Numbered from the stretch's first letter, positions 38,320-48,521 are shown. The stretch: 64,000 nucleotides of DNA from an uncultured Candidatus Saccharibacteria bacterium (GCA_964350735.1 CAYGKO010000002.1:90134-154133), one strand, 5' to 3'. The notes: generated from the sequence alone by a model not told the origin. Numbers and translations: made by a program.

Positions 38320-39231
38320 ATGATCACGCGATATTCAGAACACAAACTTACCTGGCTCGATGTCCTTAATCCGACCCCAGAAGAAATCCATGAAATCGTA
38401 AACGAGTGCGGCATTCCCCTTGTGCTTGCCACAGACCTCACCTCAATGACCCCGCGCACAGAAGCGCTTTGTGAAAAAAAGACTCTCAAAATCACGCTTG
38501 ATTTTCCTATCGTCAAACGCACCGACATCAACCACCCCCATGAAGTGAAGTTTATCGCGACCAAAACCCACCTGGTCACCATTCGATTTGAAGACATCGA
38601 AGCTGTACATCGCTTTGCCAAAGAGTTTGAAGTTCTGACAATGATTAAAAGTACCAAAAGCAAAGCCAACGCCGGCCATCTACTGTGCACACTTTTAAAT
38701 CGCATGTACAAAGCCCTTGATACCAAACTTGATTACCTAGAATCAAAAATGGTTGATATAGACGAGGGCATCTTTGCCGAAAAAGAAAAAGAAATGGTAT
38801 TTGAGATTTCAAAACTGAGTCGACGGTTAATTGTCTTTCGACAAACTCTAAACACCCACGAAGCGGCGTTAGCACAATTGTTTACTTTCGTACCGGTCTG
38901 TTTTGGGAAAACTGCCACCCATCAAGTACAGGAGATTATTCATCAGTTTGATCATATCCAGCGACGCATCAAATCACTGACTGTAACCCTGGAAGACCTG
39001 CGTGAGACAAACAACTCGTTACTTACTACCAAACAAAATGAGGTAATGAAAACCTTTACAATTTTAGCCTTTATTACCTTCCCGCTGACGTTGTTCACCT
39101 CAATGTTTGGAATGAATACCCTCACCACACCAATTGTAGGCACTCCCAATGACTTCTGGATCATTCTGAGTGCAATGGCAGTAGTATCAGTCGCCTTCTT
39201 CGCCTATTTTAGATATAAAAAATGGATGTAA
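38320..39231 (+). CDS. corA: CorA-family Mg2+/Co2+ transporter
   Basis: C-terminal two TM helices with MFGMN (GMN) motif; start chosen at the ATG for MITRYSEHK to avoid overlap with ctpA. Confidence 0.7.
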   Translation: MITRYSEHKLTWLDVLNPTPEEIHEIVNECGIPLVLATDLTSMTPRTEALCEKKTLKITLDFPIVKRTDINHPHEVKFIATKTHLVTIRFEDIEAVHRFAKEFEVLTMIKSTKSKANAGHLLCTLLNRMYKALDTKLDYLESKMVDIDEGIFAEKEKEMVFEISKLSRRLIVFRQTLNTHEAALAQLFTFVPVCFGKTATHQVQEIIHQFDHIQRRIKSLTVTLEDLRETNNSLLTTKQNEVMKTFTILAFITFPLTLFTSMFGMNTLTTPIVGTPNDFWIILSAMAVVSVAFFAYFRYKKWM

Positions 39232-39446
39232 AATGAAACAAGGAGTGCAACGGCTATGTTGAATTTTGTTCCGAATCTGCCCCTGTCTTAGGGCAGACTC
39301 CTGGAACAGGCAGATCGGAAACACCACCAAACAAAAATAAATCTTTCTCTCTTCGCTCACTCGAAAATTCAAACGAACTCATATTTCCGCATCGGTAGAA
39401 AAGAAAACTCATCAAAGCTTTCTCTTTTTGCTATACTACCTGCACT

Positions 39447-40892
39447 ATGTTTAACCTATTCAAAACTATCCCGCCAGAGCACTCTCCAATTTACCTCACT
39501 AACTCCACCACGCACCAGAAAGAGATTTTTGAGCCCCGGGGTAAAAAAGTGACTATCTATGCCTGCGGTCCGACTGTGTACGACCATATCCATATCGGAA
39601 ACCTGCGCGCTTACTTGGTGCCAGACTTGCTTAAGCGTATGTTTATTTATCATGGATATGAAGTGAAACTCACCATAAACTTTACTGACTTCGGACACCT
39701 CTCTGATGATGGCGATGCTGGCGAGGACAAAATGATGAAAGGCATGAAGCGTGATGGCTTCCCTATTACCCTTGAGGGTATGCGTGAATTCGCCGTACCG
39801 TACATTGAATCTTTTAAGAAAGACAACGACCGTTTCGGAAATTTGCCAGCTGACACCTACGCCCGAGCCAGCGACTACGTAACTGAACAGACTAAACTGA
39901 TTCAGACGCTCGAAGAAAAAGGCTATACCTACGCCATTAGTGACGGCATATATTTTGATATTAGTAAATATCCAGAATACGGCCAGATTGGAAATATTGA
40001 TCTTGAAGCGATGAAAGCTGGTGCTCGAGTTGAGGTAAATACCGAAAAGCGCCATCCAGCAGATTTTGCCCTCTGGAAAAAAGCTGACCTTGGTTGGGAA
40101 AGTAAGTGGGGCCAAGGTTTCCCTGGCTGGCATACTGAATGTGTGGCAATGGCCTTTTCTACCCTCGGTAAACAAATTGATATTCACACTGGTGGTGAAG
40201 ATCTACAATACACCCATCACAACGGGGAAATCGCTCAAGCAGAATGTGTTACCGGCAAAACCTTCAGTCGGTACTGGCTGCATAATGCATTTATTACGAT
40301 GAGTGATGAAAAAATGGCTAAATCAGCGGGCAATGGCTTTATTCTGGAAGATTTAATCCAGAAAGACTACAAACCAGAAGAGTACCGCTACTGGATGCTG
40401 CAAAGTCACTATCGCACAACAGCAAACTTCACCTTTGCGAGCCTTAATGCAGCCAAGACTGCTCTTACTCGCCTCAAGCGCTTTGTGTATATAGAGTACG
40501 AAGGAATCACTCCCACTACTGCTGATACTGGTTATGAAACACGTTTTCTTGACGCGCTACATGATGATCTTGACACGCCAAAAATTATTGCCATTTTGCA
40601 TGAGTTAATAAAAGATCAGACCATTAAACATGGCGCTAAGTTGGCTACCATCCAAGCGATTGATTCAGTATTAGAAATCGGCTTATCTGCAGAAGCTGAG
40701 ATTGGCAAAGCAGAGCTTGGGCAAATAGATGCTGATGATCTCCCAGAAGAAATCCAAACGCTCATCGCCGAACGTGATGTCGCCCGACTCGCCCAAAATT
40801 GGCCTGAATCAGATCGACTCCGCGACACCCTACAACACAAAGGTTTTGACGTATCTGACACCCCCGACGGAACCAAAGTAACCAAGAAATAG
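39447..40892 (+). CDS. cysS: cysteinyl-tRNA synthetase
   Basis: CGPTVYDHIHIGNLRAY HIGH region, KMAKSAGN KMSKS, WHTEC zinc site. Confidence 0.9.
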   Translation: MFNLFKTIPPEHSPIYLTNSTTHQKEIFEPRGKKVTIYACGPTVYDHIHIGNLRAYLVPDLLKRMFIYHGYEVKLTINFTDFGHLSDDGDAGEDKMMKGMKRDGFPITLEGMREFAVPYIESFKKDNDRFGNLPADTYARASDYVTEQTKLIQTLEEKGYTYAISDGIYFDISKYPEYGQIGNIDLEAMKAGARVEVNTEKRHPADFALWKKADLGWESKWGQGFPGWHTECVAMAFSTLGKQIDIHTGGEDLQYTHHNGEIAQAECVTGKTFSRYWLHNAFITMSDEKMAKSAGNGFILEDLIQKDYKPEEYRYWMLQSHYRTTANFTFASLNAAKTALTRLKRFVYIEYEGITPTTADTGYETRFLDALHDDLDTPKIIAILHELIKDQTIKHGAKLATIQAIDSVLEIGLSAEAEIGKAELGQIDADDLPEEIQTLIAERDVARLAQNWPESDRLRDTLQHKGFDVSDTPDGTKVTKK

Positions 40893-40962
40893 ATACAAAA
40901 AAGCCGGCTCGCTTGCGCTCGCCAGCGGCCGACACCAGAGTGTGTCGGCCTCACCCTACTCT

Positions 40963-41172
40963 CTACCCCAAACCAAGCGGATTGCTTTTGACAAACCATT
41001 TGGCCAGCAGATAGAAGCAACCTGTCAACAAAAACAGAATGACCGTTCCATTGAAAAGCTGCCAAAACGCCAGCATTCCACCTGAACTGTACTTGAGCTC
41101 AACCAGCAGTCCCCAGATTGCGTAAAGCCCAACAAGCAAAGTAGCAATCTGTAACCAGTATTTATAACGCAT
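40963..41172 (-). CDS. small two-TM membrane protein
   Basis: 69-aa ORF with two hydrophobic helices. Confidence 0.3.
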   Translation of the reverse strand: MRYKYWLQIATLLVGLYAIWGLLVELKYSSGGMLAFWQLFNGTVILFLLTGCFYLLAKWFVKSNPLGLG

Positions 41173-41268
41173 CTCTTTCCTCCTATGACGTTCTTATCTA
41201 ATATACCCACTTTTCGAACACTGTCCACACCAGCAGTCAACCGAGCAATCATGCTAAAATAGCCTTCC

Positions 41269-42666
41269 ATGAATGACACTCCTCAAACTAACAAACGCCT
41301 GCGCACTCCTCCTAATAATATCGACGCTGAAAAAGCCCTTCTTGGAGCCCTGATTCTCAAGCCCGAGACCATGCACGACGTTTCGGTTAGCGTCTACGTT
41401 GAGAGTTTTTACGCTGACAAACACCGTGAAATCTTCCGGGCGATTTTTGAAATCTTTACTAAAGGTGATCCGATCGACATCCTTTCTGTCACCACTCGCT
41501 TGAAGCAAAACAAGCAGCTCGAACGCGTCGGTGGTGCTGCCTACGTGACTGAGCTGGTGGAGCAAGTCCCCGCTGCTGGCAACGCCATGTACTACGCTGA
41601 ACTCGTCCAAGGGCGAGCGGTACTCCGTGGACTAATTAATGCGGGTGATGATATTTCAGAACTCGGCTACTCTGATCCAGAAAATATCGATGAGACGCTC
41701 GACCAAGCCGAGAAGAAAATCTACGGTGTCACCAACAACGTCACTGCACAAAAATTCAAAACCATCGGCTCTTCTCTCACCGAAGCCTGGGAACGCTTTG
41801 AGTACCTGAGTGCCAACCAAGATGAAAAACGTGGTGTCCCGACCGGCTTCCATGGTCTCGATAATATTCTGGCTGGATTCCAAAAATCCGACCTCGTAAT
41901 CCTGGCCGCTCGACCGAGTATGGGAAAAACTACCTTTGCGCTCGATATCGCCCGTAATGCCGCTCTACAATATGGCGCACACGTTGGTATTTTCTCACTC
42001 GAAATGAGTGACCAGCAGCTAGTAGATCGTATGCTAGCGGCAGAGGCCGGGGTGGACTCCTGGAAGTTGCGTACTGGTAAGCTGACTAACGATCAGGAGT
42101 TTGAGGCAGTACAAGAAGCCATGGGCAAGCTTTCTGAAGCACCGATCCATATCGATGATCAACCGGGTAATAACATCCTTAAAATGCGCTCAGCCGCCCG
42201 ACGACTTAAAAATGAACATGGCCTCGACATGCTGATTGTTGACTACCTCCAACTCATGTCACCCACCTCCACCAAATCTAGTGACTCTATGGTGCAACAA
42301 GTAACTGAGATCTCACGATCGCTCAAGATTTTGGCTCGTGAACTCGACGTACCAGTGATCGCCCTCTCACAGCTTTCACGTGCAGTTGAGCAACGTGGCG
42401 GCAAGCCGCGCCTGTCTGACCTTCGTGATTCAGGATCAATCGAGCAGGACGCCGACGTCGTGATGTTTATTCACCGCGAAGACAAAATCAACAAAGAATC
42501 TGATCGACCAAACATCGCCGAGATTATGGTGGAGAAACATCGTAATGGTCCCGTCGGTAGCTGTGAACTATACTTCGACGGCCAACATGTTCGCTTCCTC
42601 AATCTTGATACCCATCATGCGGCCGCTGCTTCTAATAACGCAGCCGCAGCTGATGATGATTTCTAA
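41269..42666 (+). CDS. dnaB: replicative DNA helicase
   Basis: NIDAEKALLGALIL N-domain and a RecA-like domain with GKT Walker A; TGCTAAAAT extended -10 lies 8 nt upstream. Confidence 0.9.
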   Translation: MNDTPQTNKRLRTPPNNIDAEKALLGALILKPETMHDVSVSVYVESFYADKHREIFRAIFEIFTKGDPIDILSVTTRLKQNKQLERVGGAAYVTELVEQVPAAGNAMYYAELVQGRAVLRGLINAGDDISELGYSDPENIDETLDQAEKKIYGVTNNVTAQKFKTIGSSLTEAWERFEYLSANQDEKRGVPTGFHGLDNILAGFQKSDLVILAARPSMGKTTFALDIARNAALQYGAHVGIFSLEMSDQQLVDRMLAAEAGVDSWKLRTGKLTNDQEFEAVQEAMGKLSEAPIHIDDQPGNNILKMRSAARRLKNEHGLDMLIVDYLQLMSPTSTKSSDSMVQQVTEISRSLKILARELDVPVIALSQLSRAVEQRGGKPRLSDLRDSGSIEQDADVVMFIHREDKINKESDRPNIAEIMVEKHRNGPVGSCELYFDGQHVRFLNLDTHHAAAASNNAAAADDDF

Positions 42667-42809
42667 AAATGAACAAATGAGCGGAGCGATTATTGTGAAT
42701 TTCACCCACAGGGCGTACATTACCGAATTCGTTCCTTTACTAGGACGAATTCCTGGAACTGGTACTATAAGACTGACTACTCCATAACAAATTTAGTAAA
42801 TTATTTACC

Positions 42810-43427
42810 GTGACAAATTTAGATAAATTAATTAAATACTTTGAAAAGTTTCCAGGTATTGGCGGTCGACAAGCTCGGCGGTTTGCCTTTCATGTACTTA
42901 CCTTACCTCCAGAAGATGTCGCCGAAATGACATCTCTGATGGCAGGCATCCAAGATACTGTCATCGAGTGCACGAGCTGTCGTCGCTTCTTTGCTCAAAA
43001 CAGTTCCAAAGGAACTGAGTGTGCTATTTGTCTCAATGAGACGCGTGACCGGACTAAACTCATGGTAGTAGAACGCGACAGCGATATCCAAGCCATTGAA
43101 CGCTCAGGTACCTATGAGGGCCTCTATTTTGTCCTTGGTGGCACTATCCCCCTACTTGAGAGCAAAGATAGCAACAAGCTCCGTGGAAACGGCTTAAAGC
43201 ATATTGTTGCAAGCAGGCTTCCAGAGGATTTAAATGAAATCATCATAGCGTTTTCCGTAAATCCAGATGGTGAAAACACCGGTCGGTTTGTTGAATCAAT
43301 TTTGAAAGAGTTTACTGAAACGGAAAAACTAAAAATAACTCATCTGGGCCGCGGCCTATCTACCGGAAGTGAACTCGAATACGCTGACCCGGATACAATT
43401 AAAAACGCTTTACACAATCGCACTTGA
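42810..43427 (+). CDS. recR: recombination protein RecR
   Basis: FPGIGGRQARRFAFH HhH, C4 zinc finger CTSCRRF...CAIC, Toprim domain; GTG start. Confidence 0.9.
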   Translation: MTNLDKLIKYFEKFPGIGGRQARRFAFHVLTLPPEDVAEMTSLMAGIQDTVIECTSCRRFFAQNSSKGTECAICLNETRDRTKLMVVERDSDIQAIERSGTYEGLYFVLGGTIPLLESKDSNKLRGNGLKHIVASRLPEDLNEIIIAFSVNPDGENTGRFVESILKEFTETEKLKITHLGRGLSTGSELEYADPDTIKNALHNRT

Positions 43428-43493
43428 TTTATTTTAATATTGTTGTACTTTAGTGCCAGCGAGGGGCTTCTGTGTAGAAGTAAAGGAAACCCC

Positions 43494-43661
43494 ATGAGTA
43501 CTGAAGATAAAAAGTTTGTCGACAGATTCTTGCTGTATATCAAACAGGATCTGTTGCCTGAAGATCGGACTATCTGGACATCAGAAAAAATTCTGGTGAC
43601 TTACCCAGCCGGTTCTGATCATAGAAGGATTTGGGAAACGGCTCTACCAAGAGTATCGTAA
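43494..43661 (+). CDS. hypothetical small protein
   Basis: 55-aa ORF with AAAGGA SD 7 nt upstream; followed by a hairpin and T-run at 43701-43727. Confidence 0.3.
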   Translation: MSTEDKKFVDRFLLYIKQDLLPEDRTIWTSEKILVTYPAGSDHRRIWETALPRVS

Positions 43662-43735
43662 CCAAACATATTTTGAGGAGATCCCCACCAGAGGGACGAA
43701 GCGGCGCGCAAGAACTGTGCGCCTTTTACGTAGCT

Positions 43736-43771
43736 AAACAAAAACCTCTGCATTAGCAGAGGTTTTTGTTT
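43736..43771 (-). terminator. rho-independent terminator of rplU
   Basis: AAACAAAAACCTCTGC-atta-GCAGAGGTTTTTGTTT immediately 3' of rplU. Confidence 0.6.
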
Positions 43772-44120
43772 AGGCGATTGATTCAATCTTAACGGTTGAA
43801 TACTTTTGTCGATGGCCAACTTTTCGGTCGCGGTTACTTTTAGCTTTGTAGCGGATGATAGATAATTTCTTACCTTTCTTTTCTTTTACAAATGAAGCTT
43901 TTACCTTAGCCCCGTCGAGGTATGGAGTTCCAACCTTAGCTGCTTTGCCATCGTCACTCATGAGCACTTTGTCGAACTCAATCGCATCACCCTCAGCGTG
44001 ATCACCAAGAAGCTCAACAGTGAGCGTGTCTCCCACAGAAACGATATATTGCTTGCCACCAGTTTCGATAACAGCAAAATCTTCAGCTTTTTCTTTTGTT
44101 TTAGTTGCTTTGTCAGCCAT
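43770..44120 (-). CDS. rplU: 50S ribosomal protein L21
   Basis: FAVIETGGKQYIVSVGDTLTVE is the L21 signature. Confidence 0.9.
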   Translation of the reverse strand: MADKATKTKEKAEDFAVIETGGKQYIVSVGDTLTVELLGDHAEGDAIEFDKVLMSDDGKAAKVGTPYLDGAKVKASFVKEKKGKKLSIIRYKAKSNRDRKVGHRQKYSTVKIESIA

Positions 44121-44195
44121 AAATAATGTCTTAAAGTCGCCCGATTATACAAGAATTGATTGAAATTGCAATAGATTGCAACTCAAATACCCTCT

Positions 44196-45278
44196 TTACT
44201 CTTGTTTATGCGGTTTATCTATTTCTAGAACATCAAGATCGATGGTCTCCCCCGTGATTTTTGTCACATCTTTATCAATCTTATTGAGCTCTTTGTAGCC
44301 AGCGTTGTAGTGATTGACCGTTGTTTCAAGTGTCTTACCAAGCTTTTGGTAATACTCCTCATAGCGCGAAATATGCCCCGAGAGTTTCTCTACGTTCTTG
44401 ATGATGTCTTGAGCCTTTTCTTCGATCTCGAGCGCTTTAAGGCCTTGCAGTACGGTCTGGAGATACGCCAAGAACGATGTCGGGGAGACGATAATCACTT
44501 TATACTTCCCAGCCGCGCGCTGGATCAAATTCTCTTCCCCTGCTCCCACCTTGTTGGAAAGTAAGTCGTAGTAAATCCCCTCATGAGGAATAAACATAAA
44601 GGCAAAGTCAGTCGTCTTCTCACTCGGCCGGATGTATTTGGCAGTTTCAGTGATCCGGAGTTTTAAGTCATTCACAAAGGCTTTTTCATGAATCGCTCGA
44701 TCAGCGGGGTCTTTGGCTTCCACTAGGCGATTGTAATTTTCCAGAGAAAACTTAGAATCCACCGGAATCACCTTCCCTTTCACAAACACCGCTGCGTCGA
44801 CAATCTCGCCGTCTTCAAAAGGATACTGCATCTTGAAGCTCTCCGGTGGCAGCACATTCTGCAGCACGGTCTCCAAGTAATACTCGCCCAGAATGCCCCG
44901 CTGCTTGGGATTCTTCAAAATATCCTGTAGTTCTTTCAGCTGATCGGCCACGGTAAATACCTGCTTCGAACTTTCTTTCACTTCCGCCACGTTCTTCACG
45001 ACGTCTCGCATCTGTTCGTGCATGTCGCGAGTAATTTCTTGCATCAGCTCCTTACTATCGCGAAATTGCATCCGACTGCCCTCTTGCATCGCTTTGTTAC
45101 TTTCGCCCAACTTACGGTCCATCGTCTCCGAGAGTTGCTGCAATTGCTGCTGCAGCAGCAAAAAGCTTTTATCTTCAACCTCAGTAGCTACCGCCTCCTT
45201 TTTAAAGAAAAATACGTATACCAACACACCTAATACGGCGAGCAGTAGCAGTACTATCACTATCTGAATCATTTCCAT
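44196..45278 (-). CDS. rmuC: DNA recombination protein RmuC
   Basis: N-terminal TM, long coiled coil, C-terminal RmuC nuclease-like domain (FAFMFIPHEGIYYDLL). Confidence 0.8.
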   Translation of the reverse strand: MEMIQIVIVLLLLAVLGVLVYVFFFKKEAVATEVEDKSFLLLQQQLQQLSETMDRKLGESNKAMQEGSRMQFRDSKELMQEITRDMHEQMRDVVKNVAEVKESSKQVFTVADQLKELQDILKNPKQRGILGEYYLETVLQNVLPPESFKMQYPFEDGEIVDAAVFVKGKVIPVDSKFSLENYNRLVEAKDPADRAIHEKAFVNDLKLRITETAKYIRPSEKTTDFAFMFIPHEGIYYDLLSNKVGAGEENLIQRAAGKYKVIIVSPTSFLAYLQTVLQGLKALEIEEKAQDIIKNVEKLSGHISRYEEYYQKLGKTLETTVNHYNAGYKELNKIDKDVTKITGETIDLDVLEIDKPHKQE

Positions 45279-45746
45279 AACACGAGTTTACCACACGTAT
45301 AGTGTGGTCAAATTCGTCAGCAGGAGTATATTGAGATGAGGAGGCCTAAGAGCTTCCATGTTCAACAACAGTGAGGCCGGATAATGACTGTTAAAATCAA
45401 GCGTGACAATCGGGGTGGGTTCTCAGTTTTCCATGTATGCTCTCTGAGAGGGCTAAGAAGACTATTGCGGAAGCTATCACGAAGCGATGTGAAAGTCACA
45501 TTCTCAGACCGTACTGGCTAACCAATCAACGTGTTCTGATCCAGCCCAAAACCCGGCGCGGCCCAGAAGACTGTCTCTGTGCATCAGGCGAACTCAATGG
45601 ATTCGTCGCCGGATGGAACGCCAGATGCGCAACAGAGAAGGAACTGCTTGGTATGCGACCAGGCGTAACACATGCTCATGAAGCAGTGACTCATCACTGA
45701 AATTTCAACAAATGCAGGCCCGGAATCCGCCGGGCCTTTCTCTCGG

Positions 45747-48443
45747 CTACTTTTTATGTTCAAAGAAGACGAACTTGGCCAGTTCGATAGTCGCCAGTGA
45801 CGCTGCGCTAAAACTCACCACCAACACAATCAGATCGCTCGGCAGCGGTGTGTATGAGAGCACATTTTGCATAAATGGGATTGAGATTGCTCCTGCAAAC
45901 AGCGCGGCACTTAGGATAAACGAACCAACAAAGAATAGATTTTGAAATAATGGAATGCGCCACAACGGGGTCGACAGTGAACGGAAGGCAAACGAGATAA
46001 AGAGCGAATCCATCGCAATGGCCATAAACATGGCACTGCGAAGCTCTTCGAGCGGCAGCTCTAATGACCGCAGGTAGAAATACAGAATAACTGACAAACT
46101 ACTGAGAATAGTTACTACCAGCGCCAAGAACCACATCATCTGCCCCGAGAGAATACCTTCTTCATGGATATCTTGCGGCTTGCGTTTCATCGCCCCCTTC
46201 TCCCCTTTTTCAAAGGCAAAGGCCACGCTCATGAGCCCTTCCTCAATCACATTGGCCCACAAAATCTGCGCTGGCAAAATCGGTGATGGCGCTCCCACCA
46301 TCATCGCTGCACCAATCAGCACCACCTCAGACAGCGAGGTGGAGAGCAGATACCCCACAATCTTGCGGAGATTGGAAATAATCCGCCGCCCCTCTTCGAT
46401 GGCAGCGTAGATAGTGGCAAAGCTGTCATTAACCAATACGAGATCAGAAGCTTCTTTAGCCACTTCAGTCCCCGAGCCAATGGCGATGCCAATATTAGCC
46501 TTACGGAGCGCCGGAGCATCATTGATGCCGTCGCCCGTCATGGCGACAATTTCACCGCTCCGTTGCAGGATCTCGGCGATGCGCATCTTTTGCTTGGGCA
46601 GAACCCGCGCAAATACGTGCACATCCTCGATGATGGCTAAAATCTCATCATCTGACATCCCGGCCAGATCATCTCCCGTGAGGGCAATCTCCTGCGGTCC
46701 GGCGATCCCCACCTTGCGCGCAATCGACAAACCAGTCTGGGGGTTATCACCCGTGATTAAGAGGATTTTTGCCCCGGCGTCTTTCACTCCAGCAATCGCA
46801 TCCTTCACCCCTTCTCGCACCGGATCGTTCAGCACGACAATTCCCGCAAACGCCATCCCTTCGAGCAAGGCCTCATCAGCATCATTCGGGATATCTTCAA
46901 AATCAACGTCTTTATAGGCTACTGCCACTAGCCGTTTCCCCTCTCGTGTCTGATTACTAATCGCGGCTTCAAGCGCTTCGCGTTCGGCCTCAGTGATCTC
47001 ATGGACGGTATCACCGACTGCTAAAAAATCAGATCGCTCAAGCAAGAATTCGGGGGCCCCATTGATACACAATCGAAACTGTCCACTCTGCAGTGGCGCC
47101 AACCCAGCGGCATATCGATTCTCTGAGGTAAATGGCAGATAATCAATTCGGTTAGCTCGGAGAGAATCCTTCACGCTACTGATCTTCATTCCTTCAGCCG
47201 CCTCAAGAATTGCCTTCTCGACCGGATCTCCGCGCAGAACAAACTCTGTACCTTGCTGGTCTTTATAGGCATCAGCGGCACAGAGCGCGACCTCAAGTAA
47301 TGCTCGGGTGTTTGTCTGACTGGCCCACGCCACCGGTGTCAGGAAGGTCGCTTGATTAAGAATGAGGCCGGTCACTGCCATTCGCGCTTCGGTGAGCGTC
47401 CCTGTCTTGTCAGTCAATACGTAGGTAGTCGAACCAAGGGTTTCAGCCGCCAGTAAGTTGCGTACGAGCCCACCACGTTTTAGGAGCGATTCCATCCCCA
47501 CCGCTAAAATGATAGTCACCGCGGCCGGCAGTCCTTCTGGCACTGACGCCACTGAGATCGCAATCGCCATCAAGAGCATGTCGTGCAGGGTTTGCCCCTG
47601 GTACAAGCCCAGCGCAAAAATCACGAGCACCAAAAAGCTAATGATATAGAGCATTATCATCGATACTTTTTGCATCTCGTGCTGCAGCGGCGTCGTCTCC
47701 TCTACGACATTCTGCAGATTCTGGGCCAGCTCCCCGACTGACGTCTTATCTCCAGTGGCAATCACTACCCCAATGCCATTTCCTTCAGCTACGTACGTGC
47801 CCATCCAGGCCATATTTTTTTGTTCAGCAAACGGTGTACCAATCGCAACCGGATTGACTTGCTTATTGACCGCTAACCACTCACCGGTGAGTGGTGCTTC
47901 GTTAATTGCCAGCTTCTTCGTCTTGAGTAGGCGTACATCAGCTGGCACCTGTGCTCCGTTCAGGAGCTCAACCACGTCACCCGGCACCAGTAAAGCGGCG
48001 TCTATTTCGTGCTTTGCTCCGTCACGCCATACGGTAGCCACTCGCTCCTGCGACTCCGATAATTTTTTAAACGCTCGGGAAGCTTTTCCCTCCTGCAGCA
48101 CCCCCACCAAAACCGCGATCAACAAGGCAAACAAAATCACCGCTGCATCGACGTATTCTGCCAGCACAAACGTAATTAAAAATGCTACCAGCAGCACAAA
48201 TGCCAGCGGGCTCTTAATCTGACCAAACACCCTACTAGCTAGTGAAGGGGGCGGAGTTTCTGAGAATTCATTACGTCCATACTTACGAACTCTTTTGTGG
48301 TACTGCTCATGACTTAAGCCAGATTCGGTAACCTCAAGCATCGCCAACACTTCACGATAATCGTGCGCGTGCCAGGCGTAGCTCGGCTGCTTCATTGCAG
48401 TCTCGTGAACTACCTTTCTGTCTGGTTTTGATTTTGCGGCCAT
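45747..48443 (-). CDS. P-type cation-transporting ATPase (type IIA/IIB Ca2+/Mg2+-like)
   Basis: DKTGTLT phosphorylation site, TGDGINDAPAL hinge, PEGLPAAVTIILA TM4 motif; start set at MAAKSK. Confidence 0.85.
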   Translation of the reverse strand: MAAKSKPDRKVVHETAMKQPSYAWHAHDYREVLAMLEVTESGLSHEQYHKRVRKYGRNEFSETPPPSLASRVFGQIKSPLAFVLLVAFLITFVLAEYVDAAVILFALLIAVLVGVLQEGKASRAFKKLSESQERVATVWRDGAKHEIDAALLVPGDVVELLNGAQVPADVRLLKTKKLAINEAPLTGEWLAVNKQVNPVAIGTPFAEQKNMAWMGTYVAEGNGIGVVIATGDKTSVGELAQNLQNVVEETTPLQHEMQKVSMIMLYIISFLVLVIFALGLYQGQTLHDMLLMAIAISVASVPEGLPAAVTIILAVGMESLLKRGGLVRNLLAAETLGSTTYVLTDKTGTLTEARMAVTGLILNQATFLTPVAWASQTNTRALLEVALCAADAYKDQQGTEFVLRGDPVEKAILEAAEGMKISSVKDSLRANRIDYLPFTSENRYAAGLAPLQSGQFRLCINGAPEFLLERSDFLAVGDTVHEITEAEREALEAAISNQTREGKRLVAVAYKDVDFEDIPNDADEALLEGMAFAGIVVLNDPVREGVKDAIAGVKDAGAKILLITGDNPQTGLSIARKVGIAGPQEIALTGDDLAGMSDDEILAIIEDVHVFARVLPKQKMRIAEILQRSGEIVAMTGDGINDAPALRKANIGIAIGSGTEVAKEASDLVLVNDSFATIYAAIEEGRRIISNLRKIVGYLLSTSLSEVVLIGAAMMVGAPSPILPAQILWANVIEEGLMSVAFAFEKGEKGAMKRKPQDIHEEGILSGQMMWFLALVVTILSSLSVILYFYLRSLELPLEELRSAMFMAIAMDSLFISFAFRSLSTPLWRIPLFQNLFFVGSFILSAALFAGAISIPFMQNVLSYTPLPSDLIVLVVSFSAASLATIELAKFVFFEHKK

Positions 48444-48521
48444 AAGAACTATCTGACGCCCTAGGAAGAGCTTTTGGATAGTGATAGTATAACAAGCATA
48501 TACGTAGCCGGAACCAGACTT

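Noticed and set aside
45437-45700. 87-aa ORF as a protein-coding gene
   Set aside because: No SD or leaderless promoter is present, the composition is Arg/Cys/Trp-rich with no domain, and it sits in a GC-skewed non-coding spacer.
45290-45745. RNase P RNA, tmRNA or SRP RNA in the rmuC-ATPase spacer
   Set aside because: By-eye search found no P4 motifs (AGGAAAGUCCGGGCUCC / ACAGAANCCGGCUUA), no tmRNA GGGG...UUCGAC 5' end or ...CCACCA 3' end, and no GGAAGCAGCC SRP motif.
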